Below the pieces are notes generated by a model that was given only the letters and a program-made list of their open reading frames with translations, did not search any database and was not told where the DNA came from. This document shows, one piece after another, positions 17,726 to 27,207 of a stretch of 64,000 nucleotides of DNA. The position numbers were made by a program, and so were the translations under genes. How positions within the stretch are numbered: position 1 is the first letter of the stretch; the number at the start of each line of letters is the position of its first letter. The DNA is taken from NCBI GenBank assembly GCA_964482725.1, contig CAYZYT010000012.1, positions 1,310-65,309 of the forward strand. The letters run 5' to 3'. Source of the DNA: an uncultured bacterium (lineage in GTDB: Bacteria; Omnitrophota; Omnitrophia; Omnitrophales; Aquincolibacteriaceae).

Positions 17726-20700
17726 TTACGCCGACACGGAGGTGGCTTTCTGGGTCAGCATATCCGACCACAGCTTGGTCAGGCCTTCCAGCAAGATTTC
17801 ATTAATGTCGTAGAGACCATCCCCCTTCTTTTCAAGGACATTATCCCCTACTTGCTGACGCAACAGAGCATTGGTTTGATCCACACCATTCTGCGCCACG
17901 TTTCCGGCCAAGAGGCTTCGGATCGCAGCATTTCGTTTCTGGGCCTGTTTCTGAGCCCGGAGAACGGTTCCCACAAATTGCCCCGAAAGATCCAGCCCTT
18001 CTTCAATAAGGATCGTCAAATTAGCCCGGGTAATGGCAGCATTCCCGCGCATGAGAGCTGCCGCGGCACTATTGGCGAGCGCCGATTTCGAAGACCTCAT
18101 TTTAAACTCGATCTGGACGCGCGGACCGATCTTTGCCCCCTTATGATCAAACGAATTTTGGACATTTTGAATCGCGCCCTTGAGAACCGCTTGTGCCGCC
18201 GCGTCTTGGAAAAGCGCGTCATTGGCAATGACAAAACGCTCGACCAGTTGGGTCTTCGTGCCAAGCCGCAAGCTCATATTCTTAAAATCTTCGTCGCTCG
18301 GCGCATCCGCCTTGACCGTCACCATGCCCCCGGACTTGTCAGAAACGGCCATGATGGGATTCTCCAGAATATTTTTTGCAAGACTAAGAAATTTTTGCCA
18401 GTTGAGATCACCCGCCTTCAGCGCTACAAGCGTCGTCAACATCGCCGCCACATCTTCAGCGTTAAGCATTTCGAGTTGAACCGGCACAATGATCTGCCCC
18501 AAAACATCCGCCAGAGAATCCACGCCACGTTGAAAATGCGTACTGATCAACTTCCGTCGAACCTCCGGGGTCTTACCGAGAAGAACCCAAACCTCTTCGG
18601 CCAACACTCGGCGCTGTTGCTCCACAACCGGCCGTCCTTCTGGTTTATAAATATCCACAACACCGGGGGTGAAACGACCTTCCGAGCGCGGCAACAAAGC
18701 GAGAATCTGCGGGATAATCCGGACTTCCAGGGTCGCGTAACCTGAAGCGTCCAAAGCGACATCGGATCTCTGGACCTTATAGGCATTACTTTGCAAGGCC
18801 TTGGCCACAGTATCTAGGTAATTTTTTATCGACTCCAAAGCTTGGCTTCGATCCACACCATCATTCCGGCGGAGCGCAAAGCGAACAAGAATCCCCGGGC
18901 GATTTCCTTTAGAAGGTGTGATCGATTCCAGGTCCAGCCGGCCCGCGTTAGCGATCCTCGACTCCAAATCGAAAATACCATAGACCGGCGTCAAAGGATA
19001 AGCGGCCCGCCTTTCTGTCAGAGCATTGACGACCGCGGCATCCAATTTAAACTCCTTGGCCAAGTCCCTCACCTCGGCGCGAGGCGCGGTGCTGATCTGC
19101 GGATTAAACGAATCCAGTGCCGCCTTAATCCCCTCAACGGTCGGAGAGAACGATTTGCCTCTGGCCGAGAGAGTTCTTACGTTCCGGGGATACCGGTACA
19201 CGACACCGTCCTCTGCAACAAAATCATATTGGCCTGCGGCGGGGAATTTCCGGTAGTGCGTCTTCATGGGGCCATTTAAAAACTTTTGGAGATCAAGCGC
19301 CGCATTCTGCGGATCCCTCGGATCCACACTTAAAACCAGCGCTTCTCTCTGTTTGATGACCTGTTTAACGATAATCCGTGTATTCTTTTCGGAACCCTCT
19401 TGAGTTACGCGGAACTCCCCTTTCCGCGTCTCGGAGCGAGCGGCTTCAATCCAGCGAGCAGCCTCGACAACAAATGCGGACTGAGCGTTCCAGTTTTGAC
19501 CTATCGGCACCTCGGCATTCCAGCGCACCACAGCGTCCAAAACACCTTTCAAATCATTCATTTGCCCAAAATAAAGGCTGAGCGCTCTTGCATACAAACT
19601 CGGATCTTTTTCAATCGCCTGCAAAAACTCAGGAGCTAGCAGTTCCTGACCAAGCTGCTGCGCGATCAAATCGCGCCGTTCAGGCTTCTCATGGCTAAGC
19701 AATAACTCCCGAAAAGACTGCTCGATCTCCTGGGTAATCGCCCCACGATTCGGGATGTTGCCACTCTTTGAATACCGCAGGGCTAATGAAGCTAGCTTGC
19801 TATCGGCCATCCGGCCCAACCCCCGGTTGAGCGGCGTCGCGTTATCATAAATGGAATTTTCGATTTTTCTGACAGCTTGCTCGACCGTCGCAAAGATATT
19901 CTCCCCTGGAGCGCGCGGGGCTTTCAGCATCTCAACGGCTTTTATCGCAGACTTTGCCATGACGACCCGGTCAAAGACTTTGAACTTAATGGGATGCTGC
20001 CCTTGAAGCGTCTGCACCACAAGCACCGGTCCGACCCAACTATCCGGCGCATCAGAAACCTGAATAGCAGATGTGATTTTCTCACCGTCTTTCGCAGCTA
20101 ACAATTGGACCGCATCTACCGTGCCCCGGCGAAAACCGAATAATGACTGTTCTAGCCCGGCAGGATTCATCGCAACGGCATCCACCACTTCCATCCTCCC
20201 CTCGGAGCGAGCGGTTAATTCAAACACGACCTGGATATCCCCCAACAAAATATTTTTTTCTGATTCCTGGGCATTGGTCCATCCGTCCACTCCCCGACTC
20301 AAAACCCTGACCTTCGCGGTCCCGTTCATATTTTCAGAGGAAATATCGCTTTCAAGAACAATGTAGACCTTGCCATGGTCGGGATGATCGGAACGATTGT
20401 GGAAAACGACCTGACCGGGATTGATACGCCACCCGGCCTGGGGCTGCACATTCACAAACCCGCGGGACTGCAACTCCGGGACCAAGTTTTGTTCCACCGT
20501 ATTTCCTGCCAGCGTGGACAAAAGGGCTTCCTTGATCCGAGCCAATCGCGCAGCATCCAACCTCGTCTCGGAGCGAGAGACAAACACTTGCCGGCCTCCG
20601 CCTCCATCTGTGACCTTGGCTTTTCCGGTCGCTATCAAGCGATACATGTCGACCACCGACATTATTTGATTCTTGTCAAAAAGTGAAACTGTTGTAGTCC

Positions 20701-23700
20701 CTGCTATTTCCTGGCTCTGTAAATACTGCAGCGCCGGGACTGCGACTGGATCATTTACCGAATAATCAACAACATTAGCGCCATTGCGCCGATCCGGTTT
20801 TGCAGATATCAGGCCCGCACGAATGCCTTCCTTAGCAATCTCGACCGACAAGCCCACATTCTCCGTTTCACTGATCTCAACACTCACCGCTGTATCAGGA
20901 GAATTCTTTGACCTAAGCTTCTTTTGAGCCAGATCAGTTCGCACAAAATCCGGGATATCCATGTCCGCGGGCAGGAAAAAATAAAATCCATCATTACCTA
21001 TCTGGCGGTAGCCAATCGTAGGATTGCGATCACGAAGGTCCGTATCCAGGGCGCTGGCTTTTAATCTCTGAGGTTGCGTCTTCGGCTTCTCAGAAATGGC
21101 GAGGAGAGAATAATCGCTACCATTGGGTATGCCAAAAACATCATAAAATTTCGGAGCAGCGTATTCTCGTCCAAGTGCTGACTCCGTGGTGATATCTCCC
21201 CCTCTCGCCTTTTGAGCCGCCTTGATAAGCTCTTCTTTGGGACCCGTCAACCTCACCTCGGAGCGGCCAAGCTCAGCCTGGATCTGGGCGCGGCGTTCAT
21301 TCACATTCGTGAGCACATCCTGAGGCGCTGCCGGATTGTCGACCAACCACCGGTCGATCTCGGCAAGAGACGCCGCCAATTGAGCATTTGCCAAAACAGG
21401 AGCGAGTGCGCCATTTGCTGCTCGGCCCGCCTTCTCAAAACTCATATCCCGGTCGTCTGTCAGTTTAAGCCCGGGGCGACCGAGCACGTCTCTTAGCCAG
21501 GCATTCTGCTTAACCAAAGCCTTGATCTCCTTAACCAAAGCCATGATCTGTAACTTCAAGTAGCCCAGGTGCAAAAGACTTCCCACTCTCGTATCACCAA
21601 GGCGCGCGATCTGTGCGTTCCTCTGCGCGGCCGGCACGAACACCAACCAATGAAAGATGGAGGAAACTGCCGTGAATGCGAAAAGGCCGATGGAAAAAGA
21701 CAGGAGCTTTTGATATCCGACAAAGCTCATTCCGAACGAGCCTTGCCCGACACCGCCAACATACGGAAGAACCTGATCCGTTGTCATTGTTCCCGTCCAG
21801 GCAAATGCAACAAGCCCTGCGGAAATCCCCGTCGCCCATAACAGCCCTTCCATGATCTTCTCGCTCACCGCCCTCGCCTCGGCGCGAGGGATAGAACCGG
21901 ATATGACGGCATATAATCCGCCTGTTTGATCGGCGGTATTGAATGCACGCTCTCGGTCAACGCCTCCCTTTTTGGAGCTGGCTATGATTTCGTCAGCTCT
22001 TGGAAGCCTCCTCACCAGATCCAAAACCATGCCGCGGTCGGCTTCAGAGAGCATAAAATTGGCCGCGAGGGCGTCCTGAAAAACGTCACCTTCATAAACC
22101 GGCAGTTTTGAAGCGACATAGCCAACGTCTTTGAATGGCGCCCGCAGCAACTCTTCTGTCTGACGGAACAATTCTGCAAGATATCCGGCGTACTGAGCGA
22201 CAAAGACCGGATCATTCCATTTTTCCTCCGGAAGCATCCGGAGAAGCTGTTCGGTGGGTTCCTGCAACATCGGCATGCGATCAAACCACGCTGGCAGCCC
22301 CGCAGCCCCCTGTCCCCTCGCCTCGGAGCGGGGAACAAAGACATCATTCGGAGTCCATTTTTTGGGCCCAACCCAGGCATCAAATAATTTCTGAAGGTCA
22401 CTAACCTCTTTTCTGGGCGCAGGTTGGGTTGCTTCGATCCGATCAGCTAATGACCTGAGTCCCGCTATAATTTTGGTGCGTTCACCCTCCGCGACGGCAG
22501 CCGTTTGGATCTTTTTAAGTACCGTCCCCAGGTCCTGAAGACCGGTAACCAGCTGAAATCTTGTTTTATCGACTTCCCCTGACTTCGTCAGGAGCCCAGC
22601 TTTAGCTAGTAAGAGCACCCCACCAAGCATCTCTGCTTTAGTTGCCGAAGCCCCGCCGAAATTCATGATAGAAGCCGAAACCGCTCCTTGCCTGAGCGCC
22701 ATGCCACGCAAAACCTCTACCAACTCAGGCGCAGTGAAAGACAAATCGGCGAATTTCTGATCTCCCCGCGAGTGGACTTCTTCAGCTTGATTCTCCAACA
22801 TAAAGCTATACAGTCCGATCGCGACGGCTCCCCCCCTCGACTCGGCGCGGGCGGGCGTTGCGGTTAATCCGGGGAACTGCCCAATCGACAAAAGGTATTG
22901 GTTAAACGCCAGCATTACGCTAATAGCCTTTTCTGATCCAGCCGGCGCCGGACGCAACTCGGCATTTTGCCCAAACATAGGACTTACAGCTGTCGCTAAT
23001 TTCAATAGTTCAGCCTGGATATCCACTTCGTCTGTGTTCAGGCCTTTAACATACTCAATAGCGGCGAGCCACATCGGACGCTGGGACGGAATTCGCATCC
23101 CCGATTCACGCCGTTCTCCGGGTTGATCCGCCAGCCTCTGGAAGTGCGCTACAAGATCTGCGGCTTTAACCCTTACCTCGGAGCGGGCTGGAGATGCGGT
23201 GGATCCTGGAAATTGGCCGATCGAAAAAAGGTATTGGTTAAACGCCAGCATTACGCTAATAGCCTTTTCTGATCCAGCCGGCGCCGGACGCAACTCGGCA
23301 TTTTGCCCAAACATAGGACTTACAGCTGTCGCTAATTTCAATAGTTCAGCCTGGATATCCACTTCGTCTGTGTTCAGGCCTTTAACATACTCAATAGCGG
23401 CGAGCCACATCGGACGCTGGGACGGAATTCGCATCCCCGATTCACGCCGTTCTCCGGGTTGATCCGCCAGCCTCTGGAAGTGCGCTACAAGATCTGCGGC
23501 TTTAACCCTTATCTCGGCGCGGGCCACGGAAACTTCTGGCTTCCCAACATTGAGCAAGATCGTCTTAATGGGCGAAAAGGGGTCCGGCAGACGCGTCCCT
23601 GCGGAAGTTCTCGCGAAATCATAGGCAGGCAACCGCGTGTTCAGGGACTGTAGCACTTCAACCAACTTCTCATCCGGCATACTAGACATTTCTTTTAAGA

Positions 23701-26700
23701 GCGTACCCGCCGCGGATCTTACCCTTTCATCAAGTTCCAGTTGATTAGAAACACCCTCCAACGCCATCCGAATGATTTCTCGATCCCTCTCGGTCAATCT
23801 CACTTCGGCGCGGGCCACGGAAACTTCTGGCTTCCCAACATTGAGCAAGATCGTCTTAATGGGCGAAAAGGGGTCCGGCAGACGCGTCCCTGCGGAAGTT
23901 CTCGCGAAATCATAGGCAGGCAACCGCGTGTTCAGGGACTGTAGCACTTCAACCAACTTCTCATCCGGCATACTAGACATTTCTTTTAAGAGCGTACCCG
24001 CCGCGGATCTTACCCTTTCATCAAGTTCCAGTTGATTAGAAACACCCTCCAACGCCATCCGAATGATTTCTCGATCCCTCTCGGTCAATCTCACTTCGGC
24101 GCGGGCTTGTATAAATTGTTTTTCCGTGGCGCGGGCCCGTATAAATTCCTCTTCCGTGATTTCCCAGCCAGCCGGGATCTCTCTCGAATTAAAATCGACT
24201 GTCTTATTCGTGGCATTAAAAGGGATGCGCGCATATTGTCTCTCCCACACACCGTCAGCCCCAAGAACCTGATGCATCACAAAAATAGCGTCCTTTGAAA
24301 CAAAGCGCTCAAGAAGATTGGTAACATCCACGAATCCTTGATCTTTAAAGTGGACCGTAAAAACAGGGTTCGTCACCGTAGGCTCAACGATCTCGATATT
24401 GGCCGGCACCCCAGTCGCCGCAAGCGCCCCTGTAGCTTCCGGTACGGCGCTCGGAGCAACTTTAAGGCCCACGTCCATCACATCATTGGTTGTATACGCG
24501 TCGCGAAGATTCATCGCAAAGAATCCAGCCGCAGCAGCGTTTGTCAGCGGAAAAGATCTGTACCCGAAGTAGTTCGTACCGGGTTCAAACACGCCCTCGA
24601 TACCGGTCCCTTCGTTGTTCCAGCCAGTAAGCAAATTGGTACTGGAAATATAATCCGCAACCGCGTAAACCGGATTTGTTCCCGGGACCACGATGATAGG
24701 GGTCAAAACCATTTGCGCAGGCATGTTCGTCGTCGCCGGGACGAATTCCGGCTGGATCGAAATCTCCACTAAATTGGCGGAGAACGCCACACTCCCCATG
24801 ATCGAAAAGGCTACCGCCGTTGTCGCCAACTTCCCGGCCTTCGCCTTGCCTGGCTTGCGAATGGGTCTGATTAAATCTCCCGCATAGGGAAGAACCGCAG
24901 GGACAGAAGCCGGCGACATGGAGTATTTCCCGAACTGTGGCGCGGGCTCTTTCGGACGGAGATCACGCTCATTTTCCAAAATGGGTGCCAGAGCTTTCTG
25001 TGCCGCAATACCCGTAGTACCAAAGATCGTCCCGGATTCGACAAGAACGCCGCCCGGCAAAGCCATCTTTTCCGAGACCGTCGCAGCAACGGTCCCGTTG
25101 ATGGTCACGGATTGGGCCTCCGGCGAACTCGAACGGACCTTATAACTATCCTTGACGGGCTTTCCTTGAGCGTCCACTTCTTGAATGAGGGTGATGCCTT
25201 TTTTAACGGCGAGTTCCGACTGATTAAAAATCTCAACAACACCTGCAATGTTCTTATCCCCAACCCTGCTCATCGCTCCAAGAATCACAGCATATACTTC
25301 TTCGGGCCGGATACCCTGGGCTGCCAGAACGCCATCGCTCATAAGCTTTGACGCCATTTCAAGGTACGAGATCGAAAAAAGGTGCTCCCGATCCTGGAGC
25401 ATGGCGACACGGTATAAATTCTCATCGGACTTTTCGGAAAGACGCGGGGTGACGATGCCGTAGCTAATGGCGTTCTCCCTGAAAAGATCGCTCATGCCGT
25501 CGGTGTGGAAACCGCCGGTGATCAGAATGGCTTTGGTGATCTTCTTCTCTGCCATCTGGGACTGCATCTCTTTATAGAAGACGGCTTCACGCTTGTGAGC
25601 AAAATCATAGAACTCGAGGCCGGCAGTGAAAAGCTCATCCATCTTGGCGGCGAACTTAGGGGGCATCACATCACTAACAGACTGGCGACTAGAGACTGGA
25701 GACTGGAGGCTGGAAACCTTTTGACTTTGGTCTCTGGTCTCTGGTCTCTGGTCTGTGGTCCGTACGGCGCTTACCAGCCGTGCAGCAAGACTCGGAATCG
25801 CAACCTGGTCTTTATTCGAAAGCAGCTGCTGCCACTGTGTGCGATTGAGCTCAAGATGAAGAAGTTTACGCAAAAGCTCACCATCCCTATAAAGGGCGAG
25901 GAGTGCCTTCTGCTGAGGCTCCTGCGCTAAGGTATCGAGCATCTGCGTAAAAAGATATTCGATCTCCTCAAAAAGGACCTTGGGGTCCAGTTCCGATCGG
26001 AGAGTCACATAACCAGCAAAAAGACTGAACGCGGGATAATCGCTGAATTTAAAACCTTTGGGGCCGGCTTCCTGGGCCAGGCGTTCCAGCACTTCGCGCG
26101 GCGAAACTTCCGTAGCCGACTTCCCTACGGCAATACTTCCTTCATTGAAATTTTCAAGTGTCGCGAGAAGTTCTTTGGAAACTCCCTGGGTGCGAAGCAC
26201 CTTGATAAGCTTGGCCTGCTCTTCCTGCCCCTTCGTTTTATTCATATCTTTTTCCAGCTGCTGGATGACGAGAAGGCGTGAGATCTGCGGCCAGCCAACC
26301 TGAGCAAAAAGACTTTCAAGGTCAACGTTCAGGATCTTCTTGGATTTCACGGTAAGACTTTTGACGAAGGGCATGAAATCGCGGCGGCCCTGCTCGAAAC
26401 GCTTCCAGTCGGCGATCAGTTCCCGGGTCTCGGGTGAAAATGTTTGAGAAGCAACCTTGTCGAGTTTTCCGTCGAATCCTTTAAAGAAGTGCGACACATC
26501 GGCTTCAGCACCGAACACTTTTTTCAGAGCGTCATAGTTGGCCTTATATAAGGAAGCTTCTTCAATACCAAGAGCCTCGATATTCTTGTCAGCCTCCATC
26601 ATGTAGAGTTCGGCGCCGGTAAGCTCACCCTGCTTGGCAAGCTCATCACACAGCTTGAGATTGCGTTCCTGGTCCGGGAAGAGACGCAGGTAATCCGCGT

Positions 26701-27028
26701 CCAGTTTCTCAGAGGCTCCTTCGACGAAGATGGTCTTGAAACCATACTTCTTATTCATATGACCCAAAAGCTGCTTGATCTTCATCTGGGCCTGGTAATT
26801 GGCATGGGCATTCTGGATATGAAGAATGAATTGCGTATTAGCTCCGGCGGGCGCTTCATAGAGCGCATCCACAGTACCGAGTTCCGGAGGAATATCAATG
26901 CTCAGATAGGAAGGAAGCTCGCGCTGGCCGGCCATTTCGATTCCGGCGCCTGGGGCGGCTGAGACGCATTGCGTCGTCAGAAAGCAAAATAAGGTGCCCG
27001 TCGCAACCACCTTAAGCATGTTTTTCAC
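17726..27028 (-). CDS. Giant (3100 aa) secreted, membrane-spanning modular protein with a TraB/GumN/Tiki-like N-terminal domain and about 14 modules delimited by a recurring [AP]R[AS]E[VI]R motif
   Basis: Uninterrupted 9.3-kb ORF. Signal peptide MKNMLKVVATGTLFCFLTTQCVSA. The N-terminal domain carries FILHIQNAH...TIFVEGA and the GumN-like C-terminal motif ILITGGFHTDGMSDLFRENAISYGIV. A central hydrophobic block (GLLWATGISAGLVAFAW...FVPAAQ) predicts TM helices. Two in-frame tandem repeats are present, of 112 aa and 97 aa. Confidence 0.85.
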   Translation of the reverse strand: MKNMLKVVATGTLFCFLTTQCVSAAPGAGIEMAGQRELPSYLSIDIPPELGTVDALYEAPAGANTQFILHIQNAHANYQAQMKIKQLLGHMNKKYGFKTIFVEGASEKLDADYLRLFPDQERNLKLCDELAKQGELTGAELYMMEADKNIEALGIEEASLYKANYDALKKVFGAEADVSHFFKGFDGKLDKVASQTFSPETRELIADWKRFEQGRRDFMPFVKSLTVKSKKILNVDLESLFAQVGWPQISRLLVIQQLEKDMNKTKGQEEQAKLIKVLRTQGVSKELLATLENFNEGSIAVGKSATEVSPREVLERLAQEAGPKGFKFSDYPAFSLFAGYVTLRSELDPKVLFEEIEYLFTQMLDTLAQEPQQKALLALYRDGELLRKLLHLELNRTQWQQLLSNKDQVAIPSLAARLVSAVRTTDQRPETRDQSQKVSSLQSPVSSRQSVSDVMPPKFAAKMDELFTAGLEFYDFAHKREAVFYKEMQSQMAEKKITKAILITGGFHTDGMSDLFRENAISYGIVTPRLSEKSDENLYRVAMLQDREHLFSISYLEMASKLMSDGVLAAQGIRPEEVYAVILGAMSRVGDKNIAGVVEIFNQSELAVKKGITLIQEVDAQGKPVKDSYKVRSSSPEAQSVTINGTVAATVSEKMALPGGVLVESGTIFGTTGIAAQKALAPILENERDLRPKEPAPQFGKYSMSPASVPAVLPYAGDLIRPIRKPGKAKAGKLATTAVAFSIMGSVAFSANLVEISIQPEFVPATTNMPAQMVLTPIIVVPGTNPVYAVADYISSTNLLTGWNNEGTGIEGVFEPGTNYFGYRSFPLTNAAAAGFFAMNLRDAYTTNDVMDVGLKVAPSAVPEATGALAATGVPANIEIVEPTVTNPVFTVHFKDQGFVDVTNLLERFVSKDAIFVMHQVLGADGVWERQYARIPFNATNKTVDFNSREIPAGWEITEEEFIRARATEKQFIQARAEVRLTERDREIIRMALEGVSNQLELDERVRSAAGTLLKEMSSMPDEKLVEVLQSLNTRLPAYDFARTSAGTRLPDPFSPIKTILLNVGKPEVSVARAEVRLTERDREIIRMALEGVSNQLELDERVRSAAGTLLKEMSSMPDEKLVEVLQSLNTRLPAYDFARTSAGTRLPDPFSPIKTILLNVGKPEVSVARAEIRVKAADLVAHFQRLADQPGERRESGMRIPSQRPMWLAAIEYVKGLNTDEVDIQAELLKLATAVSPMFGQNAELRPAPAGSEKAISVMLAFNQYLFSIGQFPGSTASPARSEVRVKAADLVAHFQRLADQPGERRESGMRIPSQRPMWLAAIEYVKGLNTDEVDIQAELLKLATAVSPMFGQNAELRPAPAGSEKAISVMLAFNQYLLSIGQFPGLTATPARAESRGGAVAIGLYSFMLENQAEEVHSRGDQKFADLSFTAPELVEVLRGMALRQGAVSASIMNFGGASATKAEMLGGVLLLAKAGLLTKSGEVDKTRFQLVTGLQDLGTVLKKIQTAAVAEGERTKIIAGLRSLADRIEATQPAPRKEVSDLQKLFDAWVGPKKWTPNDVFVPRSEARGQGAAGLPAWFDRMPMLQEPTEQLLRMLPEEKWNDPVFVAQYAGYLAELFRQTEELLRAPFKDVGYVASKLPVYEGDVFQDALAANFMLSEADRGMVLDLVRRLPRADEIIASSKKGGVDRERAFNTADQTGGLYAVISGSIPRAEARAVSEKIMEGLLWATGISAGLVAFAWTGTMTTDQVLPYVGGVGQGSFGMSFVGYQKLLSFSIGLFAFTAVSSIFHWLVFVPAAQRNAQIARLGDTRVGSLLHLGYLKLQIMALVKEIKALVKQNAWLRDVLGRPGLKLTDDRDMSFEKAGRAANGALAPVLANAQLAASLAEIDRWLVDNPAAPQDVLTNVNERRAQIQAELGRSEVRLTGPKEELIKAAQKARGGDITTESALGREYAAPKFYDVFGIPNGSDYSLLAISEKPKTQPQRLKASALDTDLRDRNPTIGYRQIGNDGFYFFLPADMDIPDFVRTDLAQKKLRSKNSPDTAVSVEISETENVGLSVEIAKEGIRAGLISAKPDRRNGANVVDYSVNDPVAVPALQYLQSQEIAGTTTVSLFDKNQIMSVVDMYRLIATGKAKVTDGGGGRQVFVSRSETRLDAARLARIKEALLSTLAGNTVEQNLVPELQSRGFVNVQPQAGWRINPGQVVFHNRSDHPDHGKVYIVLESDISSENMNGTAKVRVLSRGVDGWTNAQESEKNILLGDIQVVFELTARSEGRMEVVDAVAMNPAGLEQSLFGFRRGTVDAVQLLAAKDGEKITSAIQVSDAPDSWVGPVLVVQTLQGQHPIKFKVFDRVVMAKSAIKAVEMLKAPRAPGENIFATVEQAVRKIENSIYDNATPLNRGLGRMADSKLASLALRYSKSGNIPNRGAITQEIEQSFRELLLSHEKPERRDLIAQQLGQELLAPEFLQAIEKDPSLYARALSLYFGQMNDLKGVLDAVVRWNAEVPIGQNWNAQSAFVVEAARWIEAARSETRKGEFRVTQEGSEKNTRIIVKQVIKQREALVLSVDPRDPQNAALDLQKFLNGPMKTHYRKFPAAGQYDFVAEDGVVYRYPRNVRTLSARGKSFSPTVEGIKAALDSFNPQISTAPRAEVRDLAKEFKLDAAVVNALTERRAAYPLTPVYGIFDLESRIANAGRLDLESITPSKGNRPGILVRFALRRNDGVDRSQALESIKNYLDTVAKALQSNAYKVQRSDVALDASGYATLEVRIIPQILALLPRSEGRFTPGVVDIYKPEGRPVVEQQRRVLAEEVWVLLGKTPEVRRKLISTHFQRGVDSLADVLGQIIVPVQLEMLNAEDVAAMLTTLVALKAGDLNWQKFLSLAKNILENPIMAVSDKSGGMVTVKADAPSDEDFKNMSLRLGTKTQLVERFVIANDALFQDAAAQAVLKGAIQNVQNSFDHKGAKIGPRVQIEFKMRSSKSALANSAAAALMRGNAAITRANLTILIEEGLDLSGQFVGTVLRAQKQAQKRNAAIRSLLAGNVAQNGVDQTNALLRQQVGDNVLEKKGDGLYDINEILLEGLTKLWSDMLTQKATSVSA
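22890..23526 (-). repeat. Intragenic tandem duplication, 336-bp unit x2, near-identical at the DNA level
   Basis: About 300 bp at 22890-23190 are repeated at 23226-23526, with short divergent junctions. The unit encodes the 112-aa unit AEIRVKAADLVAHFQRLADQPGERRES...GQFPGSTASPAR. Confidence 0.85.
23509..24099 (-). repeat. Intragenic tandem duplication, 291-bp unit x2, near-identical at the DNA level
   Basis: Anchor cggaaacttctggcttcccaac occurs at 23527 and 23818 (period 291 bp). The unit encodes AEVRLTERDREIIRMALEGVSNQLELDE...NVGKPEVSVAR (97 aa). The plus-strand small ORFs at 23459/23741 are duplicated artefacts of this repeat. Confidence 0.85.
25690..25752 (-). repeat. Heptanucleotide microsatellites inside the giant ORF: (AGACTGG)x3 and (GGTCTCT)x4
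   Basis: gagactggagactggaggctgg ... ggtctctggtctctggtctctggtctgtgg. The 7-nt unit is not a multiple of 3. The tracts encode the low-complexity stretch RPETRDQSQKVSSLQSPVSSRQS. Confidence 0.7.
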
Positions 27029-27207
27029 GACTACCCCCTTAGAAATCGAATTTATTAACGCTTTTTAAAGCTATAAGAAAACTCAACCAAATGTAACACA
27101 TAGAACGAAAATTTCAAGGGTCAAACGGACGATTTTATTAAAATAATTTTATTTTGCAAAAACAACACAACCCATTCTACCGTAATAAGATAAGCTGTCT
27201 TCATAGA

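Noticed and set aside
23459-24298. Repeated 64-88-aa plus-strand ORFs (MIRQPLEV..., MIRNTLQRHPNDFSIPLGQSHFGAGHGNFW... x2)
   Set aside because: They are antisense artefacts created by the 291-bp tandem duplication inside the minus-strand giant gene.
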